Part shown: piece after piece, positions 25,801 to 37,100 of the stretch
Layout: each line of letters starts with the position of its first letter
Numbering within the stretch: the first letter of the stretch is position 1
Assembly (NCBI RefSeq): GCF_963921235.1
Contig: NC_086097.1
Location: forward strand, 99,016,001-99,080,000
Direction of reading: 5' to 3'
Length of the DNA: 64,000 bases
DNA from: Mobula hypostoma
Lineage: Eukaryota
Made by a program: the position numbers and the translations under genes
The notes under the pieces: generated by a model
What the model saw: the letters and a program-made list of their open reading frames with translations, nothing else
Told to the model about the DNA's origin: nothing
Database searches by the model: none

Positions 25801-28445
25801 CTCTGTGATGGGGAGACTGGGGTCTGTGTTTCTGTTGTGGGGAGACTGGGGTCTGTGGTTCTGTTGTGGGGAGACTGGGGTCTGTGTTTCTGTTGTGGAG
25901 AGACTGATGTCTGTGTTTTTTCAGTGATGGGGAGCCTGAGGTCTGTGTTTCTGATATGGGGAGACTAGTGTCTGTGTTTCTGCTATGGGGAGTCTTAGGT
26001 CTGTGTTTCTGATATTGGAAGACTGGGGTCTGTGTTTCTGTTGTGGGGAGAATGGGGTCTGTTTTTCTGATATGGGGACACTGGGATCTGTGTTTCTCTC
26101 TGATGGGAAGCCTAAAGTCTGTGTTTCTGTAATGTGGAGACTGAGGTTTGTGTTTCTGCAATGGGGAGACTGCGGTCTGTGTTTTTCAGTGATGGGGAGC
26201 CTGTGGTCTGTGTTCTGTTGTGGGGATACTGATGTCTATGTTTCTGATATGGGGAAACTGAGGTCTGTGTTTCTCCTTTTGGGTGATTTGGATGTTTGTT
26301 TCTGTTTTGCAGAGACTAAAGTTCGTGTTTCTGCTCTGAAATGACTGAGGTCTGCGTTCCTGTTATACGGAGACAGGTCTGTGGTTCTGTTATGGGGAGA
26401 CTGGGGTCTGTGTGTCTGTTGTTCTGTTGTGGGGAGACTGGGGTCTGTGGTTCTGTTGTGGGGAGACTGGGGTCTGTGTTTCTGTTGTGGGGAGACTGGG
26501 GTCTGTGTGTCTGTTGTTCTGTTGTGGGGAGACTGAGGTCTGTGTGTCTGTTGTTCTGTTGTGGGGATACTGGGATCTGGTGTCTGTTGTTCTGTTGTGG
26601 GGATACTGGGATCTGTGTTTCTGTTGTGGGGAGACTGGGGTCTGTGTTTCTGTTGTGGGGAGACTGGGGTCTGTGTTTCTGTTGTGGGGAGACTGGGGTC
26701 TGTGTGTCTGTTGTTCTGTTGTGGGGAGACTGAGGTCTGTGTGTCTGTTGTTCTGTTGTGGGGATACTGGGATCTGTGTTTCTGTTGTGGGGAGACTGGG
26801 GTCTGTGGTTCTGTTGTGGGGAGACTGGGGTCTGTGTTTCTGTCGTGGGGAGACTGGGGTCTGTGTTTCTGTTGTGGGGAGACAGGGGTCTGTGTTTCTG
26901 TTGTGGGGAGACTGAGGTCTGCATTTTTCAGTGATGGGGAGACTGAGGTCTGTTCTTTTATGGGGAAAATGATGTCTGTGTTTCTCCTTTTGGGTGACCA
27001 GGGTGTTTGTTTCTGTTTTACAGAGACTGCAGTTTGTGTTTCTGCTATGAAATGACTGAGGTCTGTGTTCCTGCTATAGGGAGACAGAGATCTGTGTTTT
27101 TGTTATGGGGAGTCTGCGTTCTGTGTTTCTGGTGTGGGGAGACTGAGGTCTGTGTTCCTGCTATAGGGAGAGAGAGATCTGTGTTTTTGTTTTGGGGAGT
27201 CTGAGTTCTGTGTTTCTGTTATGGGGAGACTGAGGTCTGTGTTTCTGAGATGGGGAAAGTGAGGTCTGTATTTCTCCTTTTGGGTGATCTGGGTGTTTGT
27301 TTCTGCTTTACAGAGACTGAAGTTTGTGTTTCTGCTATAAATGACTGAGGTCTGTGTTTCTTTTATGGGGAGACTGAGTTCTGTGTTTCTGTTGTGGGGT
27401 GACTGGGGTCTGTGTTTCTGTTGTGGGGTGACTGGGGTCTGTGTTTCTGTTGTGGGGCGACGGGTCTGTGTTTCTGTTGGGCGGAGACTGGGGTCTGTGT
27501 TTCTGTTGTGGGGTGACTGGGGTCTGTGTTTCTGTTGGGCGGAGACTGGGTTTTGTGTTTCTTCTGGGTGTTCTGGGTGTGTGTTTCAGTTTTGCAGATA
27601 ACATGTTTCTGCTATGAAATTACTGTGGTCTGTGTTTATGTTGTGGAGAGACTAGGTTCTGTGTTTCTGTTGTGGGGAGACTGAGGTCTGTGTTCCTGCT
27701 ATAGGGAGACTGGGGTCTGTGTTTTTTTATAGGGAGACGGGGGTCTGTGTTTCTGTTATGGGGAAACTGGTCTGTGTTTCTGACATAGGGAAACTGGGGT
27801 CCCTGTTTGATTTGGGGAGAGTGGTGTCTGTGTTTCTGATATGGGGAAGCTGAGGTCTGTGTTTCTTTGTTTGAGTGACCTGGGTGTTTGTTTCTGTTTT
27901 GCAGAGACTGCAGTCCATGTTTCTGCTGTGAAATTACTGTGGTCTGTGTTTATGTTGTGGAGAGACTAGGTTCTGTGTTTCTGTTATGGAGAGACTGAGG
28001 TCTGCATTCCTGCTACAGGGAGACAGAGATCTGTGTTTCTGTTATGGGGGCGGGGTGTTGAGGTCTGTGTTTCTGTTATGAGGAAACTGAAGTCTATGTT
28101 TCACTGTGATGGGGAGTCTGAGATCTTCGTTCTGCTATGGAGCGACTGAGGTCTGTGTTTCTGTTATGGGGAAACTGAGGTCTGTGTTTTTGTTCTGGGG
28201 AAACTGAGATCTTGGTTTCACTGTGATTGGGAGACTGACGTCTGTGTTTCTGCTTTGTGGAAAATAAGATCCATGCTTCCACTATGGGGAGAATGAGGTC
28301 TGTGTTTCTGTTATGGGGACACTGGGATCTGTGTTTCTATTATGGGAAGACTGGGGTGGGGTCTGTGTTTCTGTTATGAGGAGACTGAGGTCTGTGTTTC
28401 TGTTATAGGGAGTCTGTGTTTCATTGACGACGGGAGTGATGTCTG
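22826..28445. repeat. 29-bp minisatellite (GGGGAGACTGAGGTCTGTGTTTCTGTTAT) with a ~705-bp higher-order repeat
   Basis: Tandem units read directly; identical 79-aa ORFs recur at 23251, 23955, 24660 and 25365. Confidence 0.97.
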
Positions 28446-28980
28446 TACCTAACTGCAGACCTACAGTGTGAATGGAACTAAATGAGATCGTAATGGAGTT
28501 TGGGGTTCCTTACAGGCAGGTGTGCTTAATTTGATTCCTTCCTTCTCTGTTGGCAATAACTAGAGGTGTATAATAAAGGATCAAATGAGAATACTGACTT
28601 ATGTGTGGCAGCATAAGAAACTTTCATCATATTTAAAGAATGTTTGTTTATCTACCTAATAGACCATGAGCTGTCACAGTACAGAACCTGTGCCAGAAGG
28701 TGTGAGTAGTCTGGGGAGCTCTATATTGACTAGCACAGATGTGATGGACCAAACAGTCTCTTTGAGTCATGTAAGTGTCCATGATCTACTATGTGTTTGC
28801 GGTAAGCTTTTGGTGATGATGATTTTGAGGACTAAGTACATTCCATAGCCTTGCCACATTGCTGTGGTTGGTACTATCAAATATGGGTGGCTATATTTCA
28901 TCAGGAGGTTGAGAAGATTTGGTATGTCGCCAAAAATATTTGCAAATTTCTACTGATGTACTTTGGAGAGCATCATTGTT

Positions 28981-29475
28981 TGGTACGGGGAGGGAAGGCT
29001 GGCGGGGTTTGTACCCATACGGGGGTGGGAGGGGGTGGGGGGTCGTACCGATACGGGGAGGGGTGGGGAGGGTCATACCGGTATGGGGAGGAGTGGAGGT
29101 TTGTACCGATATGGGGGGGGGGGTGGGGAGGTCGTTCCGATACGGGGAGGGGTGGGGGGGGTCATACCGGTACGGGGCGGGGTGGGGGTTTGTACCGATA
29201 CGGGGGGAGCTGTACTGATACGGAGGGGGTGTACCGATATGGGGGTATGTGGGGGGAGTTGTCCCCATACAGGGAGGGGTGGGGGAGGTTGTCCCGATAT
29301 GGGGGAGGTGGGGGGAGTTGTACCGATACGGGGAGGGATGGGGGGGGTTGTACCAATACGGAGGTGGGGTGGGGGGTGTTGTACGGGGAGCTGGGGGGGA
29401 TTGTACCAATACGGGGGGGGAGTTTGTACGGGGAGGGGTGGGGGGGTCGTACCGATGTGGGGGGGGGTTTGTACT
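28981..29475. repeat. G-run minisatellite (~30 bp; G-tracts around gtaccgatac)
   Basis: Repeated gtaccgatac/gtaccaatac separated by G4-G10 runs. Confidence 0.93.
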
Positions 29476-29479
29476 AAAC

Positions 29480-29920
29480 AGGATCGAAGTAAGCTGCAGA
29501 GAGTTGTTAGCTAAGTCAGTCCCATCACGGGCACTCGCCTCCGTAGTAACCAGGACACCTTCAGGGAGTGATGCCTCAGAAAGGCAGCGTCCATTATTAA
29601 AGACCCCCATCACTCAGGTCATGCCCTGTTCTCATCTCAAGGGAGGTACAGAAGCCTGAAGGCACACACTCCGTGATTCAGGAACAGCTTCTTCTCCTCT
29701 GCCGTCCGATTTCCGAATGGACATTGAACCCGTGAACACTACCACACTACTTTTTTATTTCAATTTCTGCACTACTTATTTAATTTAACTATTTTATACA
29801 TATATATACTTACTGTAATTCCCATTTTTTCTCTATTATTATGTATTGCATTATACTGTTGCTGCAAAGACAACAAGCCTCATGACACATGCTTCTGATA
29901 TTAAACCTGATTCTGATTCC
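29480..29920 (+). mobile_element. Rex1/Babar-type LINE 3' end
   Basis: LQRVVS...ITG peptide remnant; tail attaaacctgattctgattc. Confidence 0.7.
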
Positions 29921-30165
29921 GATCCTAATCTACGTACCGCTGATTCCAGGACACCTTTTATTCATTGGAAGTTTTCCATTTGCTTTGTTAATAACAGATT
30001 GAATTTGAAAGCGGGCAGGCAGCAGGAAACTCCTGCACTCCTGTTCCCTTACACCATATGTTCTTTCTATCAGACATATCAGAATCTGAGTAAATTTTCT
30101 CCAACGCACCATGCGTATAAAGTATCACTACACTGCAGGTAGATTGCCAATACTTGGTGTATGAG

Positions 30166-30176
30166 CATACACATAC

Positions 30177-30222
<46 letters not shown>

Positions 30223-30524
30223 ACGCACACACACACGCAGACACACACACACCCACACACGCACACACCCACACACACACACACACACACATACATACAC
30301 ACGCACACACACACGCACACACACACACGCACACACACACACACACACACACATACATACATACACACGCACACACACACGCATACACACATACATACAC
30401 ACGCACACACACACGCAGACACACACACGCACACACACACACACACACACACATACATACATACACACGCACACACACACGCAGACACACACAGACCCAC
30501 ACACGCACACACCCACACACACAC
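30166..30524. repeat. Compound (CA)n microsatellite with CG/TA/GA interruptions
   Basis: Read directly. Confidence 0.98.
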
Positions 30525-31821
30525 AAGTATTTCAGTGAGTTGCTGCTGAAGCTGGCTTACTCTGCAAACACTCCATCACATCTCACTACTCGTCCTCAGA
30601 GCAGTTAACTTGCCAGCGTACCAACTCTGCAAATGCACTCAGTAGTTCTTCTAGCAAGCAGAGTAATTCTTGCCTCTTCCTCCAGACTGTGCAGCTCAGA
30701 CCCAAGCCATTTTCAATCTCATTTTGGTCTGGTGACATTAACTTGTTCTGGATGAATATTTTCAGTCTGAGCGGAGCTCATCAAACCTATTCTGTACAGA
30801 TTAAGATTGTTTTTTTGAACAGCCATTTCATTCGGGCATATAAGGAATCATACGAAATGGACTTTGCCACTTGAACTTCTGTGAAAGTATCTGTTGCTTG
30901 AATCCCCAGGGTTGTGCAGCCGTCAGGTAGCCTGCAGTACTCTTTAGTTTGCTCCGAGTCATGATCTCATTCTGGAGGTATTGCTGTCTCTGGCCACTCG
31001 CTGCCAGAATGATCTCAGTAACTGAGGCCTACTCCAGCAGCCACATCTGTTCTCAATCTGCCGTCCCGGCTTGCGGTGAGGACGCTGCCACAGAAACTCT
31101 CTGCGAGCGTGGAAACTTAATTTAAAGTTTCCGTGACAAAGAGCTTATATCTGACAGGAAAGACGAAAGAGGCTTTACTATGATCTGATAGCTTTTAAGA
31201 TTTTTAAAGGTTTAGTTGTAATGAGACCAACACCAAAGCCACAAAAATGTCACAACTAAATCCAATCTGGAATTCAGGAGAAGCCTCTTTTCCTAAGGAC
31301 AAATAGCATTGATGTATTTGAGGGAATCTAGGTAGAGTGGATGTAAAGTGCTGTAGGATATCCTGAGGCCGCGAGGGACTCGGTATCGTGTAAACTTCGG
31401 TCATCCAATCATAGTAACCTACAGCACAAAGTCAGACCACTTGGCCCATTGTGTCCGTGCCAGCCAGTGATGGGCGAGGTTAACCCCACCCTCCAGCTCC
31501 TGATTCACAACCCTGCAGGTTAGGGCCCAAGGCTTAGGCTGGATTTTGTTTCTGTTGACAGTAGCAAGTGGGACTGCTCCAATTTCCAGTCATTGCTCTC
31601 TCTCTGCTCCTTTTTCTTTCTCCTCTTGATCTCCCTGGCCTCCATTATCATGTCATTTATCCCTCAGTCCCCACCCCTATCTCCCCCCAACTGTGCCCAA
31701 TTGCTGACCCACCTTCCTCCCGGGATTCCAGCTTCCTTTCCTATCAGATTCTGCCCTCCGCCACCCCCACCTGTTGCCCTTTAAAGACGGCGGAAAGGTA
31801 AGCCGCGAGATTGGATTGTAC

Positions 31822-32013
31822 CTCAGTCAGGTCCTGAGTGAACTGGGCCAACAGGCGGGCAGTGCTCAGGTCTTTCCTACGGCTCTGTGACATCTCCTTA
31901 ATATGGTTCCTCCTTTCCAGGATGGCGTTGAGTTTCTGCTGAATGTGACTGGCATCCTCATGCTTTAAGTTCTCTTCTTTGAGCTTGCCTGCCAGCTTCT
32001 GCAGTGACGTCAC
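31822..32013 (-). CDS. SPTBN5: Spectrin beta V coding exon (VTSLQKLAGK...QFTQDLTE), phase 0/0
   Basis: tttcag| acceptor and |gtacaa donor; 192 nt; lies within ORF 31744..32439. Confidence 0.9.
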
Positions 32014-34149
32014 CTGAAAGAAAAACGGGACAGTATGCACTACAGCACTTGAGTCCTGACCCCTCATTATGGTTGGGCAGCAGGCAGATGTACCTAGCAG
32101 AGGGTGCAGGGACCTGGTTTTCAGTCCTGAACTCCGTGTAGAGATTGCTGTTTGCAGGGGTTCTCCTGGTTTTCTCCCACATTCCAAAGACATGCAGGTG
32201 AGTTGGCTGCAGCCTTCCGAGGGAGGGAAGAAAAATAGGACCTTTGTGTAAATGGGTGTTTGGTGGGTGGCACCAACTTGATGGGCTGAATGGCCCATTT
32301 CCGTGGTGTATTTTCTATCGCTCCCTGTGACATCATCAGAAAGCCACCACTTAAACTTCAAGGCTTTCTCCAGCAGCAAATTGCACCCGATTGACTTCAG
32401 TGAATAGTTAGAGGTAAGGACTTGGATCTGGAGCTCCACTGAGATTAGATTGAATAAGGTTCTTTATGACAAACTACAACCTCATTCTCACTTCACTGCA
32501 AACAGTTTTCAATTTCCACATTTCCTTTAAACTGAGTTCTAAATATCATTCTGCCTCAGTGGAATTTGAACTCACTTTCTTTAAATTTTTAGTCCTGTCA
32601 CAAAAATGACAATACTTTTACAGCGATATCACAATGGCATATTCACTGACTTCATGCAATAGCTTTCCGTTGAGTTAAACATTACACCACCCTTGCGTTA
32701 AACTTTTACACTGATAGTTAAACTACATCCTGGCATATTCAGTCCACATTATTACCCAAATCACTACACACCAGGATCGTTATATTAGTTAGGCAAGTAC
32801 ACTGGAGCTGTATACAATTACACAGAATATTTGCATCATGCTACATAAATGTCTCTTTATTTACAGGTCATCCTGAGGTCAGAATGCCAAACTAAGCTCT
32901 CATAATATTGTTAAATCCAATGTAAATGCGTACGTACCTATGTACATACATTTGTTCCGAGACAGCAGAACATATTTCCTCTGTCTCACCAAGTTGTAAT
33001 TGTTCTTTCCTATGTGCTTTCAATGCCATTCGTTACAATATTGTGGAGGTAGGGTTACCAATTCAATGACTTCTGTGAATTTTCAGACTTATGGGCAAAA
33101 TTGACTCATGGACGTCAGTGAAAATGAAACCTATTTGTTACCTGTATCAGAGCACAGGACTGACTATTGTTTACCACTTTATCCCCTCCCTGATGAACCA
33201 ACCCTTGGTGGGAAGTGCCATCAGCTACACTTCAGTGAACTAACCCACTCTTGATAAACAGAACTAGCTCACTCTTGTAGAATGAACAGCTCCCTAGGGT
33301 GAGACATGGTATGACTCTGGCTTCAGTGAGACAGGGCTTAGAATGAACAGGCCACGAACCTACCCACAAAACTGAAACTGCAGCCTGACCTCTTCCTCAG
33401 ACTGAAAACACCCCACCTCTCCCTCAGAAATAAATGCAGGCCACAGAACAAAAACACAGACATACTCCGTCTCAGAGAGGTTAAAGCAACCCCACCTTCC
33501 CTCAGTCTGACCCTTTCAACAGACCTAAACACAGCCTGATATTCTCTCAGAGATAACACAGCCCCACACCTCAGAGCCAAAAATAGTCTGACCGTTTCAC
33601 AGAATGAACAACACCCCCCATCCTCCCTGAGCGTTACCCAGAATGTCTCAACTGCTTTGGCGAATAAGCCAAGGCTTAACATTCTCAGTACACAACATTT
33701 GGTCCAAACTGGTCCTCAGAGTGAAACTTGGCCCTATTCCTAACCATACAGCACAAAATACACCCTGGCCCACCTACAAGAATGTATTAAGGCAGATCTA
33801 CAGATTTTCTGATAGAAAGGGAATTGGGAATTAGATGATTGCAGTAAGGAGGCGCTAATAAAAGATTGTAATCTTGTGGGTGAGCAGCTACTATGGGGCA
33901 AATGGCCTCCTGTTAATGCTCACAGTGTATGAAATAGACTCTGCAAAGTAGCTTGAGGAAATACACTACCCATCAATGGGAAAGAAAAATGGCTTGAGGA
34001 AAGAGACAATGCAGATACTGGAAAACTGTGTGTGACAAGATTTGGGTATATTTTAGCAGGTTCTTCACTAGTAAAGGCCCCTCCCTTGGCCGGACAGACC
34101 CTGATTCAAACAGACTGACCCAGTCATCAGTGCCAGGATTAGCCTATTC

Positions 34150-37100
34150 CTCTGTGAGGGGGAGATAGTGAAATGTCCCTCTGTGAGGGAGAGATAGTGA
34201 AGTGTCCCTCTGTGAGAGGGAGGTAGTGAAGTGTATCTCTGTGAGGGAGAGATAGTGAAGTGTCCCTCTGTGAGAGGGAGGTAGTGAAGTGTATCTCTGT
34301 GAGGGTGAGATAGTGAAGTGTACCTCTGTGAGGGTGAGATAGTGAAGTGTACCTCTGTGAGGGGGAGATAGTGAAGTGCATCTCTGTGAGGGGGAGATAG
34401 TGAAGTGTATCTCTGTGAGGGGGAGATAGTGAAGCGTCCCTCTGTGAGAGGGAGATAGTGAAGTGTATCTCTGTGAGGGTGAGACAGTGAAGTGTACCTC
34501 TGGGAGAGGGAGATAGTGAAGTGCATCTCTGTGAGGGGGAGGTAGTGAAGTGCATCTCTGTGAGGGGGAGATAGTGAAGTGTATCTCTGTGAGAGGGAGA
34601 TAGTGACGTGTATCTCTGTGAGAGGGAGATAGTGACGTGTACCTCTGTGACAGTGAGATAGTGAAGTGTATCTCTGTGAGGGGGAGATAGCGAAGTGTAT
34701 CTCTGTGAGGGGGTGATAGCGAAGTGTATCTCTGTGAGGGGGAGATGGTGAAGTGTATCTCTGTGAGGGGAGATAGCGAAGTGTATCTCTGTGAGAGGGA
34801 GATGGTGAAGTGTACGCCTGTGAGGGGGAGATAGTGAAGTGTACCACTGTGAGAAGGAGATAGTGACACGTCCCTCTGTGAGAGGGAGATAGTGACAGGT
34901 CCCTCTGTGAGAGGGAGATAGTGAAGTGTCCCTCTGTGGGGTGGAGGCAGTGAAGTGTATCTTTGTGAGGGGGGATGGTGAAGTGTACCTCTGTGAGAGA
35001 AAGGCAGTGAAGTGTATCTCTGGGAGGGGGAGATAGTGAAGTGTATCTCTGTGAGGGGGAGATAGTGAAGTGTATCTCTCTGAGGGGGAGATAGTGAAGT
35101 GTACCTCTGTGAGAGGGAGATAGTGACGTATATCTCTGTGAGGGGGAGATAGTGAAGTGTATCTCTCTGAGGGGGAGATAGTGAAGTGTACCTCTGTGAG
35201 AGGGAGATAGTGACGTATATCTCTGTGAGAGGGAGATAGTGAAGTGTACCTCTGTGATGGGGAGATAGTGAAGTATACCTCTGTGATGGGGAGATAGTGA
35301 AGTGTCAGAGGGAGATAGTGAAGAGTATCTCTGTGACGGGGAGGCTGTGAAGTGTATCTCTGTGAGGGGGAGATAGTGAAGTGTATCTCTGTGAGGGGGA
35401 AATAGTGAAGTGTATCACTGTGAGGGTGAGATAGTGAAGTTTACCTCCGTGAGAGGGAGACAGTGAAATGTATCTCTGTGAGGGGGAGGTAGAGAAGTGT
35501 AGCTCTGTGAGAGGGAGATAGTGAAGTGTACCTCAGTGAGAGGGAGATAATGAAGTGTCCCTCTGTGAGAGGGAGATAGTGAAGTGTATCTCTGTGACGG
35601 GGAGATAGTGAAGTGTACCTCTGTGAGAGAGAGACAGTGAATTGTACCTCTGTGAGGGTGACATAGTGATGTGTATCTCTGTTAGAGGGAGATAGTGAAG
35701 TGCACCTCTGTGATGGGGAGATAGTGAACTGTCAGAGGGAGATAATGAAGTGTATCTCTGTGAGGGGGAGGCTGTGAAGTGTATCGCTGTGAGGGGGAGG
35801 TAGTGAAGTGTATCTCTGTGAGAAGGAGATAGTGAAGTGTACCTTTGTGAGGGGGAGATAGTGAAGTGAATCTCTGTGAGGGGGGGGAGATAGAGAAGTG
35901 TCCCTCTGTGAGGGGGAGATAGTGAAGTGTACCACTCTGAGGGGGAGATAGTGAAGTGAACCACTCTGAGGGGGAGATAGTGAAGTGTTCCTCTGTGAGG
36001 GGGTGATAGTGAAGTGTATCTATGTGAGAGGGAGATAATGAAGTGTACCTCTGTGAGGGGGGGATAATGAAGTGTACCTGTGAGGGGGGGATAGTGAAGT
36101 GTATCTTTGTGAGAGGGAGATAGTGAAGTGTACCTCTGTGAGGGGGAGATAGTGAAGTGTATCTCTGTGAGGGGGAGATAGTGAAGTGTATCTCTCTGAG
36201 GGGGAGATAGTGAAGTGTATCTCTGTGAGAGGGAGATAGTGAAGTATCAGAGGGAGATAGTGAAGTGTATCTCTGTGAGGGGGAGATGGTGAAGTGTATC
36301 TCTGTGAGAGGGAGATAGTGAAGTGTCCCTCTGTGAGGGGGAGATGGTGAAGTGTATCTCTGTGAGAGGGAGATAGTGAAGTGTCCCTCTGTGAGGGGGA
36401 GATGGTGAAGTGTATCTCTGTGAGGGGGAGATGGTGAATTGTATCTCTGTGAGAAGGAGATAGTGAAGTGTCCCTCTGTGAGGGGGAGGTAGTGAAGTGT
36501 ATCTCTGTGAGGGGGAGGTAGTGAAGTGTATCTCTGTGAGGGGGAGAGAGTGAATTGTACCTCTGTGCGGGCGAGATAGTGAAGTGTATCTCTGTGAGGG
36601 GGAGATAGTGAAGTGTACCTCTGTGAGTGGGAGATGGTGAAGTGTATCTCTGTGAGGGGGAGATGGTGAATTGTACCTCTATGAGAGGGAGTTAGTGAAG
36701 TGTATCTCTGTGAGGGGGAGATAGTGAAGTGTCTCTCTGTGAGAAGGAGATAGTGAAGTGTACCACTGTGAGAAGGAGATAGTGACAGGTCCCTCTGTGA
36801 GAGGGAGATAGTGAAGTGTCCCTCTGTGGGGGGGAGGCAGTGAAGTGTATCTTTGTGAGGGGGGATGGTGAAGTGTACCTCTGTGAGAGAAAGGCAGTGA
36901 AGTGTATCTCTGGGAGGGGGAAATAGTGAAGTGTATCTTTGTGAGAGGGAGATAGTGAAGTGTATCTCTGTGAGGGGGAGATAGTGAAGTGTATCTCTCT
37001 GAGGGGGAGATAGTGAAGTGTACCTCTGTGAGAGGGAGATAGTGACGTATATCTCTGTGAGGGGGAGATAGTGAAGTGTATCTCTCTGAGGGGGAGATAG

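Noticed and set aside
22826..28445. CRISPR-like regular ~29-bp repeats
   Set aside because: Units are directly tandem with no unique spacers, there are no cas genes, and the context is a vertebrate intron.
28851..30549. Gly-rich, Pro-rich, Cys-Val and His-Thr ORFs
   Set aside because: Translations of the G-run minisatellite and the (CA)n microsatellite.
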